From the NCBI GenBank assembly GCA_046727575.1, contig JBKPCV010000045.1, forward strand, positions 1 through 61,879: DNA of 61,879 nt. Direction: 5' to 3'. Below are positions 1 through 9,489 of the stretch, in pieces. Source of the stretch: Actinomycetota bacterium (GTDB taxonomy: Bacteria; Actinomycetota; Acidimicrobiia; IMCC26256; DASPTH01). Each line of letters starts with the position of its first letter. Position 1 is the stretch's first letter. The notes beneath the pieces were generated by a model. That model searched no databases and was not told the origin of the DNA. It worked only from the letters and a program-made list of their open reading frames with translations. The translations under genes and the position numbers were made by a program.

Positions 1-666
1 TCGGTGCTCGCGGCGGCAATGGCGGTCACCCTCGGTCGCGGTGGTCACGGAGCTTGCCGGCTCGCCGATCTCGACGGCGACCAGCCCGCGATCTTCGGCC
101 TGGGTACAGAGCCGCTGCTCGGCCTGCTCGACTGGCTCGACGCGGGTCCGGAGGCACCCACGGAAGCGCTCGAGCGGCTCGCGCTCGAGGTTGCACCCGG
201 TGTCGCGCTGCTGCCGCTCGGCGGCCAACGCTCGCCGCACGTCCCGCCACCGTCCGCCGAAGCAGGTGCAGCACTCGCGGTCGCGTTGCGCGACGGCGCG
301 GTCCCGGTCGTGGCCGACTGCGGTCGAGCGGCTGAGGCCGCGACGAGAGCGGTCGCCGAGGTTGCGGACGCGACGGTCGTCGTAGTGCGCGGCTGCTATC
401 TCGCCCTGCGACGCGCGGTGTCGTCGCCGGTGCTGGCGCGCACGGTCGGTGCGGCACTGGTCGAAGAGCCGGGACGGTCGTTGTCGCGACGGGAGGTCGC
501 TGACGTCCTCGGCGTCCCGGTCCTCGCGCGCGTCGCGTTCCGCGACCAGATCTTCCGAGCCGTCGACGCGGGTGTGCTGCCGGCGCGCGTACCAGATCCA
601 CTCAGTCGCGCATCGTCCGATCTCCTTGCTCGCGTCGGCGTGACGCGCCGCGGTGCAGCGGCATGA
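1..666 (+). CDS. Ssd/CpaE-like MinD-ParA family protein of the Tad locus (5'-truncated by window edge)
   Basis: Frame open from base 1; SVLAAAMAVTL...LADLDG resembles the post-P-loop segment of Rv3660c/Ssd; ATGA overlap with cpaF. Confidence 0.7.
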   Translation, partial: SVLAAAMAVTLGRGGHGACRLADLDGDQPAIFGLGTEPLLGLLDWLDAGPEAPTEALERLALEVAPGVALLPLGGQRSPHVPPPSAEAGAALAVALRDGAVPVVADCGRAAEAATRAVAEVADATVVVVRGCYLALRRAVSSPVLARTVGAALVEEPGRSLSRREVADVLGVPVLARVAFRDQIFRAVDAGVLPARVPDPLSRASSDLLARVGVTRRGAAA

Positions 667-1880
667 CGCTCTCGCCGCTCGCACACGACCACGTCGAGGC
701 CGCGAGCGACACCGCGCTCGTGCAACGCGTGCACCGTCGACTGGTTGCCGAGGGTGGTGAAGGCGCTCCCGCGCCGGGCGAGGCTCTGCGCATCCGGCTC
801 ACCGAGCTGCTGCGCCGTGAAGACCCGCTGCTGCCGCCGGCCCGGCTCGAGCGCCTGCTGACCCAGCTCACCCACGAGGTCGTCGGCCTCGGACCGCTCG
901 AAGCGCTGCTCGCGGACGCGCGCGTGACCGAAGTCATGCTCAACGGCCCCGGCCGCGCCTATGTCGAGCGCGCCGGCCGCGTCGAGCCGGTCGCGCTCGA
1001 CCTCGACGCCGAGCGCATCGTGCGCTTGGTCGACCGTGTCGTCGCTCCACTCGGTCTCCGCCTCGATCGGTCGTCCCCGATGGTCGACGCGCGCCTGGCC
1101 GACGGCTCACGACTGCACGCCGTCATTCCGCCGCTTGCGATCGACGGTCCCTACGTGACGATTCGCCGGTTCGGTGCGCGCGCGGTGCCGCTCGAAGCGT
1201 TCGAGGTCGACGGTCACGCAGCCGCGTTCCTCTGCTGGTGCGTAGCCGCGGGGTGGAACGTGCTCGTCGCGGGCGGCACCGGCGCGGGCAAGACGACGTT
1301 GCTGAACACGCTCTCTCGAGCCATCCCACCTACGGAGCGGATCGTCACAATCGAAGAGACGGCAGAGCTCCGCCTGGCGCAGCCGCATGTCGTTCGTCTC
1401 GAAGCGCGACCGGCCAACGCGGAGGGCGCGGGTGCGGTCGGTGTGCGCGAACTCGTTCGAGGCGCGCTCCGAATGCGTCCGGATCGCCTGATCGTCGGTG
1501 AGGTGCGGGGCGGCGAGGCCCTCGACATGCTCCAGGCGCTCAACACCGGTCACGACGGCTCGATGTCCACGATCCACGCGAATGGCCCGGCGGACGCGCT
1601 CAGCCGACTCGAGACGCTCGTGCTGCTCGCCGACGCCGGGCTCCCGCTCGCGGCCGTGCGCGCGCAAGTCGTTGCAAGTGTCGACGCGGTCGTGTTCGTC
1701 GCGCGTGGCGCGCACGGCGCACGCCGCGTGGAGGCGATCGCAGAAGTCGTGTCCGACGACCAGCGGGTGCGACCGCTGTTCGCGCGTGAGGCCGGGTCCG
1801 TCGCCGCGATCGACGCGCCGCGGCGAGATGCTCGCCGTCCGGACGCTCCGCCGCCATCGCCCGAGTGGTTCACGTGCTGA
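663..1880 (+). CDS. cpaF: Tad pilus assembly ATPase CpaF/TadA
   Basis: Walker [47 protein letters not shown]. Confidence 0.95.
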   Translation: MTLSPLAHDHVEAASDTALVQRVHRRLVAEGGEGAPAPGEALRIRLTELLRREDPLLPPARLERLLTQLTHEVVGLGPLEALLADARVTEVMLNGPGRAYVERAGRVEPVALDLDAERIVRLVDRVVAPLGLRLDRSSPMVDARLADGSRLHAVIPPLAIDGPYVTIRRFGARAVPLEAFEVDGHAAAFLCWCVAAGWNVLVAGGTGAGKTTLLNTLSRAIPPTERIVTIEETAELRLAQPHVVRLEARPANAEGAGAVGVRELVRGALRMRPDRLIVGEVRGGEALDMLQALNTGHDGSMSTIHANGPADALSRLETLVLLADAGLPLAAVRAQVVASVDAVVFVARGAHGARRVEAIAEVVSDDQRVRPLFAREAGSVAAIDAPRRDARRPDAPPPSPEWFTC

Positions 1881-2740
1881 CCGTCGCGCCCGCGCTGATC
1901 GGGTCGCTCGTCTGCGCCGTGCTCCTTCGTGCAGCTCGACAGAGCGAGTCCGGTGCTCGTGCGCGGCAGTTGCGGTCGGGCGACCGTCGTCGTCTGCCGC
2001 GGCGTCTCCGCGTCCCGCTCGAGGGTGCGCTACGCGACGCCGACGTGCAGCTCGATCCTGAGACGGCCGTGCAGGTCTGGCTGGCCGGCGCACTTGTGGT
2101 GACGATCCTGTGCTCGTCGCTCGCGTCCAGCATGGCGATCCCATCCGGTCTCGCGGTGCTCGTGGCGGGTCCGATCGGACTTCGTCTGGGTCGCACGCGA
2201 CGGGAGCGTCGGTTCGCAGTCGCGTTACCGGTCGCGCTGGAGCAGATCGCCGCCGACCTGCGAGGTGGTGGCACCGTCGCGGGCGCTGTCGACCGTCTCG
2301 CCGACGGCATCGGACCGGTCGCGGACGATCTGCGTCGCATCCAGACCCGGGTCCGGCTCGGGCTCGGCCTCGGTGACGCACTGGCCGGATGGCCGGCCGA
2401 CCACGACGGCCCGGGTGTCCGCGCCGCCGCCGGCGCGCTGGCCGTGGCGGCGACGATCGGCGGCCGAGCGGCCGACGCCATCGACGGACTCGCCGCGTCG
2501 CAACGCCTCCGCCTCGACGCGGCAGCGGAAGCGCGTTCGCTCTCGGCGCAGGCGCGCTTGTCGGCGGTGGTCGTCGGCGCGGCTCCGGTCGGCTACCTCG
2601 CGTTCTCGAGTCTGATCGACCCGCGTGCGGCGACGGCGCTCGTCGACACCGACGTTGGAGGCGTGTGTCTCGTCGTGGGGCTCACGTGCGAGCTCCTCGC
2701 CGTCCTCTGGATCCGCCGCATCCTGCGGTCGGCCGCGTAG
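1865..2740 (+). CDS. tadB: TadB-like type II secretion system F family membrane protein
   Basis: Follows cpaF; TM helices; ARSLSAQARLSA motif. Confidence 0.85.
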   Translation: MVHVLTVAPALIGSLVCAVLLRAARQSESGARARQLRSGDRRRLPRRLRVPLEGALRDADVQLDPETAVQVWLAGALVVTILCSSLASSMAIPSGLAVLVAGPIGLRLGRTRRERRFAVALPVALEQIAADLRGGGTVAGAVDRLADGIGPVADDLRRIQTRVRLGLGLGDALAGWPADHDGPGVRAAAGALAVAATIGGRAADAIDGLAASQRLRLDAAAEARSLSAQARLSAVVVGAAPVGYLAFSSLIDPRAATALVDTDVGGVCLVVGLTCELLAVLWIRRILRSAA

Positions 2741-2743
2741 GCG

Positions 2744-3436
2744 ATGTTCGAGATCCCGCCCAGCGTGATCGGGACGACCTGGGGCCTTCTTGCCGCGGCG
2801 CCGCTGTTGGCGCGGGCGCGCAGTGCTCAGTTCGCCGATCGCCTCCCTCCAGCTGGCGGACGTTCCCACGTCGCGCCCGGGAACCGGCTCCTCGGGCGAC
2901 GCGTCCACATGCTTCTGCGTCGAAGCCTCGAAGCGACCGGCCCGATTGGCCGCGTCGTTCGAGCGATGACCGCGAGGCGACGCACACAAGGCGCGAGTCG
3001 TGCGCTCGAGCGCGAGTTGTCAGACGCACTCGACCTGCTCGCGGTCGCGGTCGGCGCGGGCTGTACGCCGTACCTCGCTGTCGAGATCGCGGCGCGCTGG
3101 GCACCACCATTGATCGCTGGGTCGTTCTCGTCGGTGCTCGGCGCGTGCGCACTCGGCGCGAGCTTCGCGGATGCCCTCGATGACGTCGCGCGCTCGACAC
3201 CACGCCTCCGCGTGCTCGCCGACGCCCTGTTGGCGTCCGAGCGACTGGGGGCGCCGGTGGGTCCCGCACTCGCTCGGCTCGCCGCGGAAGAGCGCACCGC
3301 GCTCCGTCGTCGCGCCGAGACGCACGCGCGGAAGGTTCCCGTGCAGCTCCTCTTCCCCCTGGTCTTCCTCGTGCTGCCGGCGTTTGTGCTGCTCACCGTG
3401 GTGCCAGGCCTCGCAGCAGGGCTCGCGCGTCTCTAA
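2744..3436 (+). CDS. tadC: TadC-like type II secretion system F family membrane protein
   Basis: LDLLAVAVGAG, ERLGAP, C-terminal LLFPLVFLVLPAF. Confidence 0.85.
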   Translation: MFEIPPSVIGTTWGLLAAAPLLARARSAQFADRLPPAGGRSHVAPGNRLLGRRVHMLLRRSLEATGPIGRVVRAMTARRRTQGASRALERELSDALDLLAVAVGAGCTPYLAVEIAARWAPPLIAGSFSSVLGACALGASFADALDDVARSTPRLRVLADALLASERLGAPVGPALARLAAEERTALRRRAETHARKVPVQLLFPLVFLVLPAFVLLTVVPGLAAGLARL

Positions 3437-3490
3437 CGGCGCGCCGCTCTCAGTCGAATCACGCCTTCGTTCAGACCCGAGGAGGTCTCC

Positions 3491-3685
3491 ATGTTTCGTC
3501 GTTTCACGGCTTGGCTGTCCGCGCGGTTGACGGTCGCGAACGCGTCCGGGCAGACCACCGCCGAGTATGCGCTCGTCATCCTGGGCGCGGTGGCGGTCGC
3601 GACGTTGCTGATCACGTGGGCCACAGGCAGCCACGCGATCTCGAAGCTGTTCGACAGCGTCATCGACAAGGTGCTGCCGGGATGA
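3491..3685 (+). CDS. flp: Flp pilin (DUF4244-like), 64 aa
   Basis: SD GAGGAGG; prepilin site G|QTTAEY (E+5, Y+6) followed by a hydrophobic helix. Confidence 0.85.
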   Translation: MFRRFTAWLSARLTVANASGQTTAEYALVILGAVAVATLLITWATGSHAISKLFDSVIDKVLPG

Positions 3686-4086
3686 GACACACGAGGGGAG
3701 CCGAGGTCGCCCTGCGGAGGTGTTGCCGGCGGGGTCGCGACGCGGGTCAGGCTACGGTCGAGTTTGCCTTCGTCCTTCCGCTGCTCGTGCTCGCGGCGCT
3801 CGCGGTCATCCAGGTCGGGCTCGTCGTGCGTGACCAGATGGGGGTCGTCCATGCGGCGCGGGAGGCGGCCCGCGCCGCGAGTGTCGATCCCGATCCGGGC
3901 GCCGCGGTGCGAGCCGCGCACCGCACCATGCCGGGCGCCCATGTCGACATCGGTCCGCGACCGCACCTCGGTGAAGAGATCACCGTCACCGTGCGGTATC
4001 ACTCCGAGACGAACCTGCCGCTCGTCGGCCCGCTCATGCCGGACCCTGCTCTGCATGCGTCGGCGAGCATGCGCGTCGAGCGGTGA
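3682..4086 (+). CDS. TadE-like pseudopilin
   Basis: ATGA overlap with flp; G|QATVEFAFVLP and AAREAARAAS motifs. Confidence 0.85.
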   Translation: MRHTRGAEVALRRCCRRGRDAGQATVEFAFVLPLLVLAALAVIQVGLVVRDQMGVVHAAREAARAASVDPDPGAAVRAAHRTMPGAHVDIGPRPHLGEEITVTVRYHSETNLPLVGPLMPDPALHASASMRVER

Positions 4087-4463
4087 AGCGCGATCGCGGC
4101 AGCGCGTCGGTCGTGATGGTGGCCGTCGTCGCGATCGGCATCGTCCTGTCGTTCGGCGCGGCGCGCCTCGGAAGCGCGCTCATCGGACGTGCGCGAGCCG
4201 ATACCGCCGCGGACGCGGCCGCCCTCGCCGCGGCCGACGCGCTCGCCCTCGGCCATGGAAGCGATGCCGCGGCCGCCGACGCCCGCGCGACGGCGGTACG
4301 AAACGACGCGCGCCTTCTGTCGTGCGTGTGCGCGGGCACGATCGCCGCGGTGGTCGTCGAAGTCGACCTCCCGGGTCTCGGCGTGTTCGGTGGCGTCGCG
4401 CGCGCCCGCGCGCGAGCCGAAGTCAGACCGGAATGTGTGGTGGACGTGCCCGGCTGCGACTGA
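4083..4463 (+). CDS. Rv3654c-family TadE/TadG-like pseudopilin
   Basis: DRG|SAS, hydrophobic helix, ADTAADAAALAAA; GTGA overlap. Confidence 0.8.
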   Translation: MKRDRGSASVVMVAVVAIGIVLSFGAARLGSALIGRARADTAADAAALAAADALALGHGSDAAAADARATAVRNDARLLSCVCAGTIAAVVVEVDLPGLGVFGGVARARARAEVRPECVVDVPGCD

Positions 4464-4484
4464 CCCTCGTAGGATGTCACCGCG

Positions 4485-5726
4485 ATGGCGATCGCCGAAC
4501 TCCTGGCCGGAGTGCTCGAAGGAGAGCTTCCGTGCGAAGTGCGCGCCTATGACGGTAGCCGCGCCGGGCCGCGTGACGCGTCCGCTGCCATCGTCGTGCA
4601 CTCACCGGACGCGCTCCAGCGCATGATCACGGCACCGGGGGAGCTCGGGCTCGCGCGCGCGTACGTCGCGGGCGACATCGATCTCGAAGGTGACCTGTTC
4701 ACGTTGCTCGCGCTGCACCGTCGGCTCGACGGATTGCGCCTGACTCCCCCGCAGTGGCTCTCGCTGGTGCGGCTGCTCGGGACCACGTCGATCCGACGTC
4801 TCCCTCCGCCGCCCGAGGAAGCACGCCTGCGCGGTCGGCGTCACTCGCGCGCACGCGACGCGGCCGCGATCGCCTACCACTACGACCTCTCGAACGACTT
4901 CTACCGGATCGTGCTGGGCTCGTCGCTCACGTACTCCTGCGCGGTGTGGTCGTCACCCGACGTTGGATTGGAAGCCGCGCAGGATGCCAAGCACGAGCTG
5001 GTGTGCCGGAAGCTCGCGCTCGAGCCGGGTATGCGGCTCCTCGACGTCGGTTGCGGCTGGGGAGGCATGGTGCTGCACGCAGGGCGCCACCATCGCGTGC
5101 GCGCGGTCGGCGTGACGTTGTCTCGCGCGCAAGCCGACCTTGCCGGGAAGCGCGTTGCCGAGTGTGGTCTCTCGGATCTCGTCGAGATTCGCGTCCAGGA
5201 CTACCGGGATGTGCGCGACGGTCCCTACGACGCGGTCAGTTCGATCGGCATGTTCGAGCACGTGGGTCTCTCGATGCTGGAGACGTACTTCGACCGTCTG
5301 TTCGAGTTGTTGCGACCGGAGGGGCGGCTCCTCAACCATGGAATCAGCCGCGCCCCTGGGCAGCGCGGTCGGGCGCGACCATGGTCGCGCTCGTTCATCG
5401 ACTCGTATGTCTTCCCCGATGGTGAGTTGCACGAAGTCGGCTCGGTGATCAGCACGATCCAGCAGCGCGGCTTCGAAGCCCGTCACATGGAGAGTCTCCG
5501 GGAGCACTACGCGCTCACGCTTCGCGCCTGGCTGGCGAACCTCGAGGCGCGATGGGACGACGCGGTCGGACTCGTTGGTCAAGCGCGGGCGCGGGTCTGG
5601 CGGCTGTTCATCGCCGCGAGCGCCCAACGGTTCGAGGACGGCGCGGTCCAGGTGCACCAGGTGCTGGCAGTGAAACCGCACCACGGCGCGAGCGGCATGC
5701 CATTGCGCCCGAAGTTCGAGGGGTAG
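4485..5726 (+). CDS. cfa: Cyclopropane-fatty-acyl-phospholipid synthase family SAM methyltransferase
   Basis: HYDLSNDFY, YSCA, LLDVGCGWG, SIGMFEHVG, YVFPDG, HYALTL. Confidence 0.9.
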   Translation: MAIAELLAGVLEGELPCEVRAYDGSRAGPRDASAAIVVHSPDALQRMITAPGELGLARAYVAGDIDLEGDLFTLLALHRRLDGLRLTPPQWLSLVRLLGTTSIRRLPPPPEEARLRGRRHSRARDAAAIAYHYDLSNDFYRIVLGSSLTYSCAVWSSPDVGLEAAQDAKHELVCRKLALEPGMRLLDVGCGWGGMVLHAGRHHRVRAVGVTLSRAQADLAGKRVAECGLSDLVEIRVQDYRDVRDGPYDAVSSIGMFEHVGLSMLETYFDRLFELLRPEGRLLNHGISRAPGQRGRARPWSRSFIDSYVFPDGELHEVGSVISTIQQRGFEARHMESLREHYALTLRAWLANLEARWDDAVGLVGQARARVWRLFIAASAQRFEDGAVQVHQVLAVKPHHGASGMPLRPKFEG

Positions 5727-5802
5727 CGGTCCCAGCTCGGACCTGAGCGGAGAGGGCGCGGGACGCAGGCGCCCATTCGCGGCTGTCTATCCGCTCGCCT
5801 GC

Positions 5803-6795
5803 TTAGTGAGCCTGGAGCACGCCGTCGTCTGTGAAGTCAGCGAGCAGCGGCGCCGCATCCGCCGTCTTCGCGAGGTTGGTGCCACCGCCGCCACCCACGG
5901 GCAGCACAACGTTCTTGATGTTGGCGGGGTCGAGGGTCAACGCGTACTGACCCAGGTGATACAGGTCGCCGATGCTCACACCGTCGAGCTTCGTGTGCCG
6001 CCCCAAGGTTGCGATCAGCCGCACCGTGTCACCCGCGCTCGGTTGGCGCGCCTCGAGCATCGCAAGAGCCGACAGGATGAGTAGACCTTGGTTGCTCGTG
6101 CGGGTGATGTCTCCGTTACTGAACGAATGCCGGTCACGCGAGAACGCCAGGGCCTGGTCGCCGGTGAGATGCGCGGGTCCAGGCTGGAAGTCAGCGCCCG
6201 AGAACGAGTCGTTCATCGGACTCGGGATGTTGACGTCAACCCCTCCGATCTCGTCGACCATCTGCACGAAGTGCGGGAAGTTGACGCGGATCACGAACGT
6301 GATCGGTGCGCCGGTCACCTGCGAGACGGCATCCGCCATACCACGGAGATCGTTGTCGGGCTGGGCCAGGATGTACGAGTTGATCTTCTGGCCGCCGGGC
6401 CCCTCGGTGTCGCGCGGGATGTCGAGGATCGTCGCGGCGTTGAGCGCGGGATTCACGCCGATCACGTGCACCGCGTCGGCGAGGCCGGGGTCGGAGCCAG
6501 ATGCGCTTTGGTCGTCCGAACGCGCGCCGGTACCGAGGATCAGCGCGAAGAACGGCTGCTCCGGCGCCGCCGTGAAACGGGCGCCGCCGAGGCGCGTGAC
6601 CTGGAACCAGACCGCGCCTTTCGCCGGCGTCGGGCGGCCGAGCGCCAGCCACGCGGTGCTCAGCAGTCCCGCGACGACGATCCCGCACACGAGCGGGCCG
6701 ACGAGGAGCGTCAGCAGCGCGCGGCGGCGGCGACGGGGAGGCGGTACCCGTCGGTGGGGCTTCCGGTTCCATGCCCGAAGAGCCCTGGCGTTCAC
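5803..6795 (-). CDS. LytR-CpsA-Psr (LCP) family cell-wall phosphotransferase
   Basis: N-terminal TM; IPRDT, KINS, VDEIGGVDV, ALAFSRDRH...GDITRTSNQ; GTG start overlaps upstream TGA. Confidence 0.88.
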   Translation of the reverse strand: MNARALRAWNRKPHRRVPPPRRRRRALLTLLVGPLVCGIVVAGLLSTAWLALGRPTPAKGAVWFQVTRLGGARFTAAPEQPFFALILGTGARSDDQSASGSDPGLADAVHVIGVNPALNAATILDIPRDTEGPGGQKINSYILAQPDNDLRGMADAVSQVTGAPITFVIRVNFPHFVQMVDEIGGVDVNIPSPMNDSFSGADFQPGPAHLTGDQALAFSRDRHSFSNGDITRTSNQGLLILSALAMLEARQPSAGDTVRLIATLGRHTKLDGVSIGDLYHLGQYALTLDPANIKNVVLPVGGGGGTNLAKTADAAPLLADFTDDGVLQAH

Positions 6796-7538
6796 TTCGA
6801 CCTCTTGGCGGTGGTGGGCGCCTTTGTGGTGGTGGGCGGCGCGACCGTGGTGGTCGTCGGGTCCAGCCCGGCGCCGGTCCGGGCGACGGCGACGTTGTAG
6901 GACGTGACCTTCCACGCTCCTGACGCGTCGGGCGCGAGCACCAGGTCGCCGCGTCGGACGATGTGGAGTGGGCCGGCGTCCGACCCGGTCTGGCCGGTGA
7001 TGTCGAGGTCGAGCTTGGCGGTCGCGAGGACGATCCCGCCGTTCTGGTCCGCAAGGGCGACGACCGCGACCGGCTGCGCCGTGATGTCGAGGTCCCCGGT
7101 GACCTTCGGCAGCCCCTCGTCGACCATCACGCCCCGGTCGACGCCCGTGACCCGCGCGAGCGCCGCGGGATCGAACACTCCGGCGAGGTCGCCCGCGGGC
7201 TTCGCGGTGTGGAGGGGATTCACGGTGGCGACGGTCACGTAGTCACCGATCGCCTTCATCACGGCCTGCGACTGCTCGGGCGAGAGCTGGGCCGCAGGGC
7301 CGGCACTGTCGGTCGATACGTCGCCGAGTTGCAGTGAGACGTTGGTGTGTGGGACGCGCACTGTCGCATGCGGCTTCGCGGGGCGGCTGGCACCGTCGCC
7401 TCCGCCGCCCCCGGCCGCGAGCGCGACGACAACGGCGATGATGGCGACGACGAGCACCCCGCCGCCGACACCGAGGGCGAGGCGTGTGCGTTTGCGCGAG
7501 CTCTGGGGCGGCTCGGCGCCCGATGTTGCCCCGTCCAT
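6792..7538 (-). CDS. Membrane-anchored exported hypothetical protein with Thr/Pro-rich tail
   Basis: Basic stretch plus TM helix near N-terminus; tail PTTTTVAPPTTTKAPTT; leaderless-type -10. Confidence 0.7.
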   Translation of the reverse strand: MDGATSGAEPPQSSRKRTRLALGVGGGVLVVAIIAVVVALAAGGGGGDGASRPAKPHATVRVPHTNVSLQLGDVSTDSAGPAAQLSPEQSQAVMKAIGDYVTVATVNPLHTAKPAGDLAGVFDPAALARVTGVDRGVMVDEGLPKVTGDLDITAQPVAVVALADQNGGIVLATAKLDLDITGQTGSDAGPLHIVRRGDLVLAPDASGAWKVTSYNVAVARTGAGLDPTTTTVAPPTTTKAPTTAKRSK

Positions 7539-7616
7539 GGCGGCGCAAGGTTAGGGGATCGCTCCCTAGGATTGGCGGCAACCGGGGGGTCGGATGGCAA
7601 CCCGAGCGAGGGCCAC

Positions 7617-7970
7617 ATGGCATTCAAGAAAATGGTCGAGCGCCTCACGAAGTCGGTCGACGAACTCGATCGTCAGGACCTCACCCAGTTCTGCGATGCG
7701 CGTCATTTCGAGGCGATGGACCATCTCGTGCCCCGGCATCCCGTTCACGTCGGTGGTGAGGTCCGTGCCGTGCGCATCGTGCCGCGTGCGGGCGCAGCCG
7801 CACTCGAGGTGACGGTCTCGGACGGCCGGGGTCAGGTGGTGGCGGTGTTCCTCGGTCGGCGCCGGATCGCCGGGCTCTCACCCGGGCGGAAGATCGCGGT
7901 GTCGGGAGTGGTCGTCCGAGACGGGAGTCGCTGGTTGTTGTTCAATCCGGCCTACGAGATCCTGAGCTGA
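7617..7970 (+). CDS. OB-fold nucleic-acid-binding protein (Rv2694c-like)
   Basis: LEVTVSDGRG...FLGRRRIAG...FNPAYE; convergent with trkA pair as in other Actinobacteria. Confidence 0.8.
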   Translation: MAFKKMVERLTKSVDELDRQDLTQFCDARHFEAMDHLVPRHPVHVGGEVRAVRIVPRAGAAALEVTVSDGRGQVVAVFLGRRRIAGLSPGRKIAVSGVVVRDGSRWLLFNPAYEILS

Positions 7971-8643
7971 CCGAGTCGAGCGACGCGCCGGTGAGCAGTC
8001 GGCGCACCTCGTCCTCCGACTCGGGCGTGACCATCGCCAGCACCTCGTCCCCCGCCTCGAAGATCGAGTCGCCACGTGGCATTACGACGTGCTCGTCGCG
8101 GACGATCGCGACGATCGTCGCGTTCCGCGGTACGTCGAGCTCGGCGATCGAACGGTCGATCGCGGGTGAGTCCTCGGCGAGGGTCGCCTCCACCAGCCGC
8201 GCTTGACCGCCTTCGAACTGCAGGATGCGGACCAATCGTCCGACAGTCACCGCCTCCTCCACCAGCGCGGTGATGAGGTGTGGAGTGGACACTGGCACGT
8301 CGACGCCCCAGTTCTCGTTGAACAACCATTCGTTCTTCGGATGGTTGACCCGAGCGATCACACGCGGTACCGCGAACTCCTGCTTGGACAGGAGCGAGAC
8401 CACGAGGTTGTCTTCATCGTCTCCGGTCGCGGCGACGACGACGTCGCACGTCTCCAGCCCCGCTTCGCGCAGCGTGGTCACTTCGCAGGCGTCACCGATG
8501 TGCCACTCCACGCCTTCCACGGCGACGGAGCGCGCGACGACGCCGGGATCCTGCTCGATGAGCAGCACCTCGTGTCCCGCGGTCTTCAGATCGTTCGCGA
8601 TGAACAGGCCTACCTTCCCCGCACCGGCGATCGCGACACGCAT
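7942..8643 (-). CDS. trkA: TrkA family K+ uptake regulatory protein (CeoC-like)
   Basis: IAGAGKVG Rossmann motif, TGDDEDN, C-terminal RCK_C domain. Confidence 0.92.
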   Translation of the reverse strand: MRVAIAGAGKVGLFIANDLKTAGHEVLLIEQDPGVVARSVAVEGVEWHIGDACEVTTLREAGLETCDVVVAATGDDEDNLVVSLLSKQEFAVPRVIARVNHPKNEWLFNENWGVDVPVSTPHLITALVEEAVTVGRLVRILQFEGGQARLVEATLAEDSPAIDRSIAELDVPRNATIVAIVRDEHVVMPRGDSIFEAGDEVLAMVTPESEDEVRRLLTGASLDSVSSGSRRPD

Positions 8644-9302
8644 CAGTGCTCTCCGTGTCGCAGCCGCTCGCGCAGCGTGTCGAGTGCAGAGACGTCCACG
8701 AAGAAGTGCAGAATGTCGCCCTCCTGGCCGATCGCGCTCGGCGTGCTCACCTGGGCGTTGCCGAGGCGCGTGATGCCCACCAGCCAGTACAGGCCGGGCT
8801 CACTCAGAGGAGCGAGCTTCTTGCCCGCCCACGCCGTCGGGATCGGGTAGTCGACCAGGCAGACGCGGCCGCTCGGGTCGAGCCATTCGTGCGGCTGCTC
8901 CTCGCTCGGCAACAACCGGCGCATCACCTGGTCGGTGGTCCACGAGATCATTGCCACGGTCGAGATGCCGAGGCGCTGGTAGATCTCGGCTCGCCGCGGG
9001 TCCTTGATCCGGGCGACCACACGCTCTATCCCGTAGTTCTCTCGGGCGATCCGCGCCGCGAGGATGTTCGAGTTGTCGCCGCTCGTGACCGCCGCCAGCG
9101 CTCCGGCCCCCTCGATACCGGCCTCGGCGAGCGCGTCACGGTCGTAGCCACGGCCGATCACCTTTTCGCCCCGGAAGAGTTCGCCCCAGCGCTGGAACGC
9201 GCGCGGTTCCATGTCGACCACCGACACCGTGTGGTCCATCCGCTCCAGCTTGCCGGCAAGCTCGCTGCCGACCCGACCGCACCCAACGATCACTACGTGC
9301 AC
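8643..9302 (-). CDS. trkA: TrkA family K+ uptake regulatory protein (CeoB-like)
   Basis: IVGCGRVG, AVTSGDNSNI, YQRLGI. Confidence 0.92.
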   Translation of the reverse strand: MHVVIVGCGRVGSELAGKLERMDHTVSVVDMEPRAFQRWGELFRGEKVIGRGYDRDALAEAGIEGAGALAAVTSGDNSNILAARIARENYGIERVVARIKDPRRAEIYQRLGISTVAMISWTTDQVMRRLLPSEEQPHEWLDPSGRVCLVDYPIPTAWAGKKLAPLSEPGLYWLVGITRLGNAQVSTPSAIGQEGDILHFFVDVSALDTLRERLRHGEH

Positions 9303-9489
9303 GACGGGGCTCCTCTAAGTGGGGTCGACTCCGTTCCGCCGTCCCGCTCGTCCGAGCACGGCTCCACTTCGTCTCTCTCTGACCGGGGCGATGCTAGCGA
9401 CGTGCCCACGGGCGCTCGAATCGCGTACGCACTACCTCGGTTTGGCATGCTGGTCCCCCTCGGCAACGGCAGCGGGAGGAACCGACTGC

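Noticed and set aside
9303-9489. c-di-AMP (ydaO) riboswitch upstream of the kimA-like gene or trkA
   Set aside because: Could not find the conserved GCTGAA/GGGGAACC/CAGCTAAC-type elements on either strand
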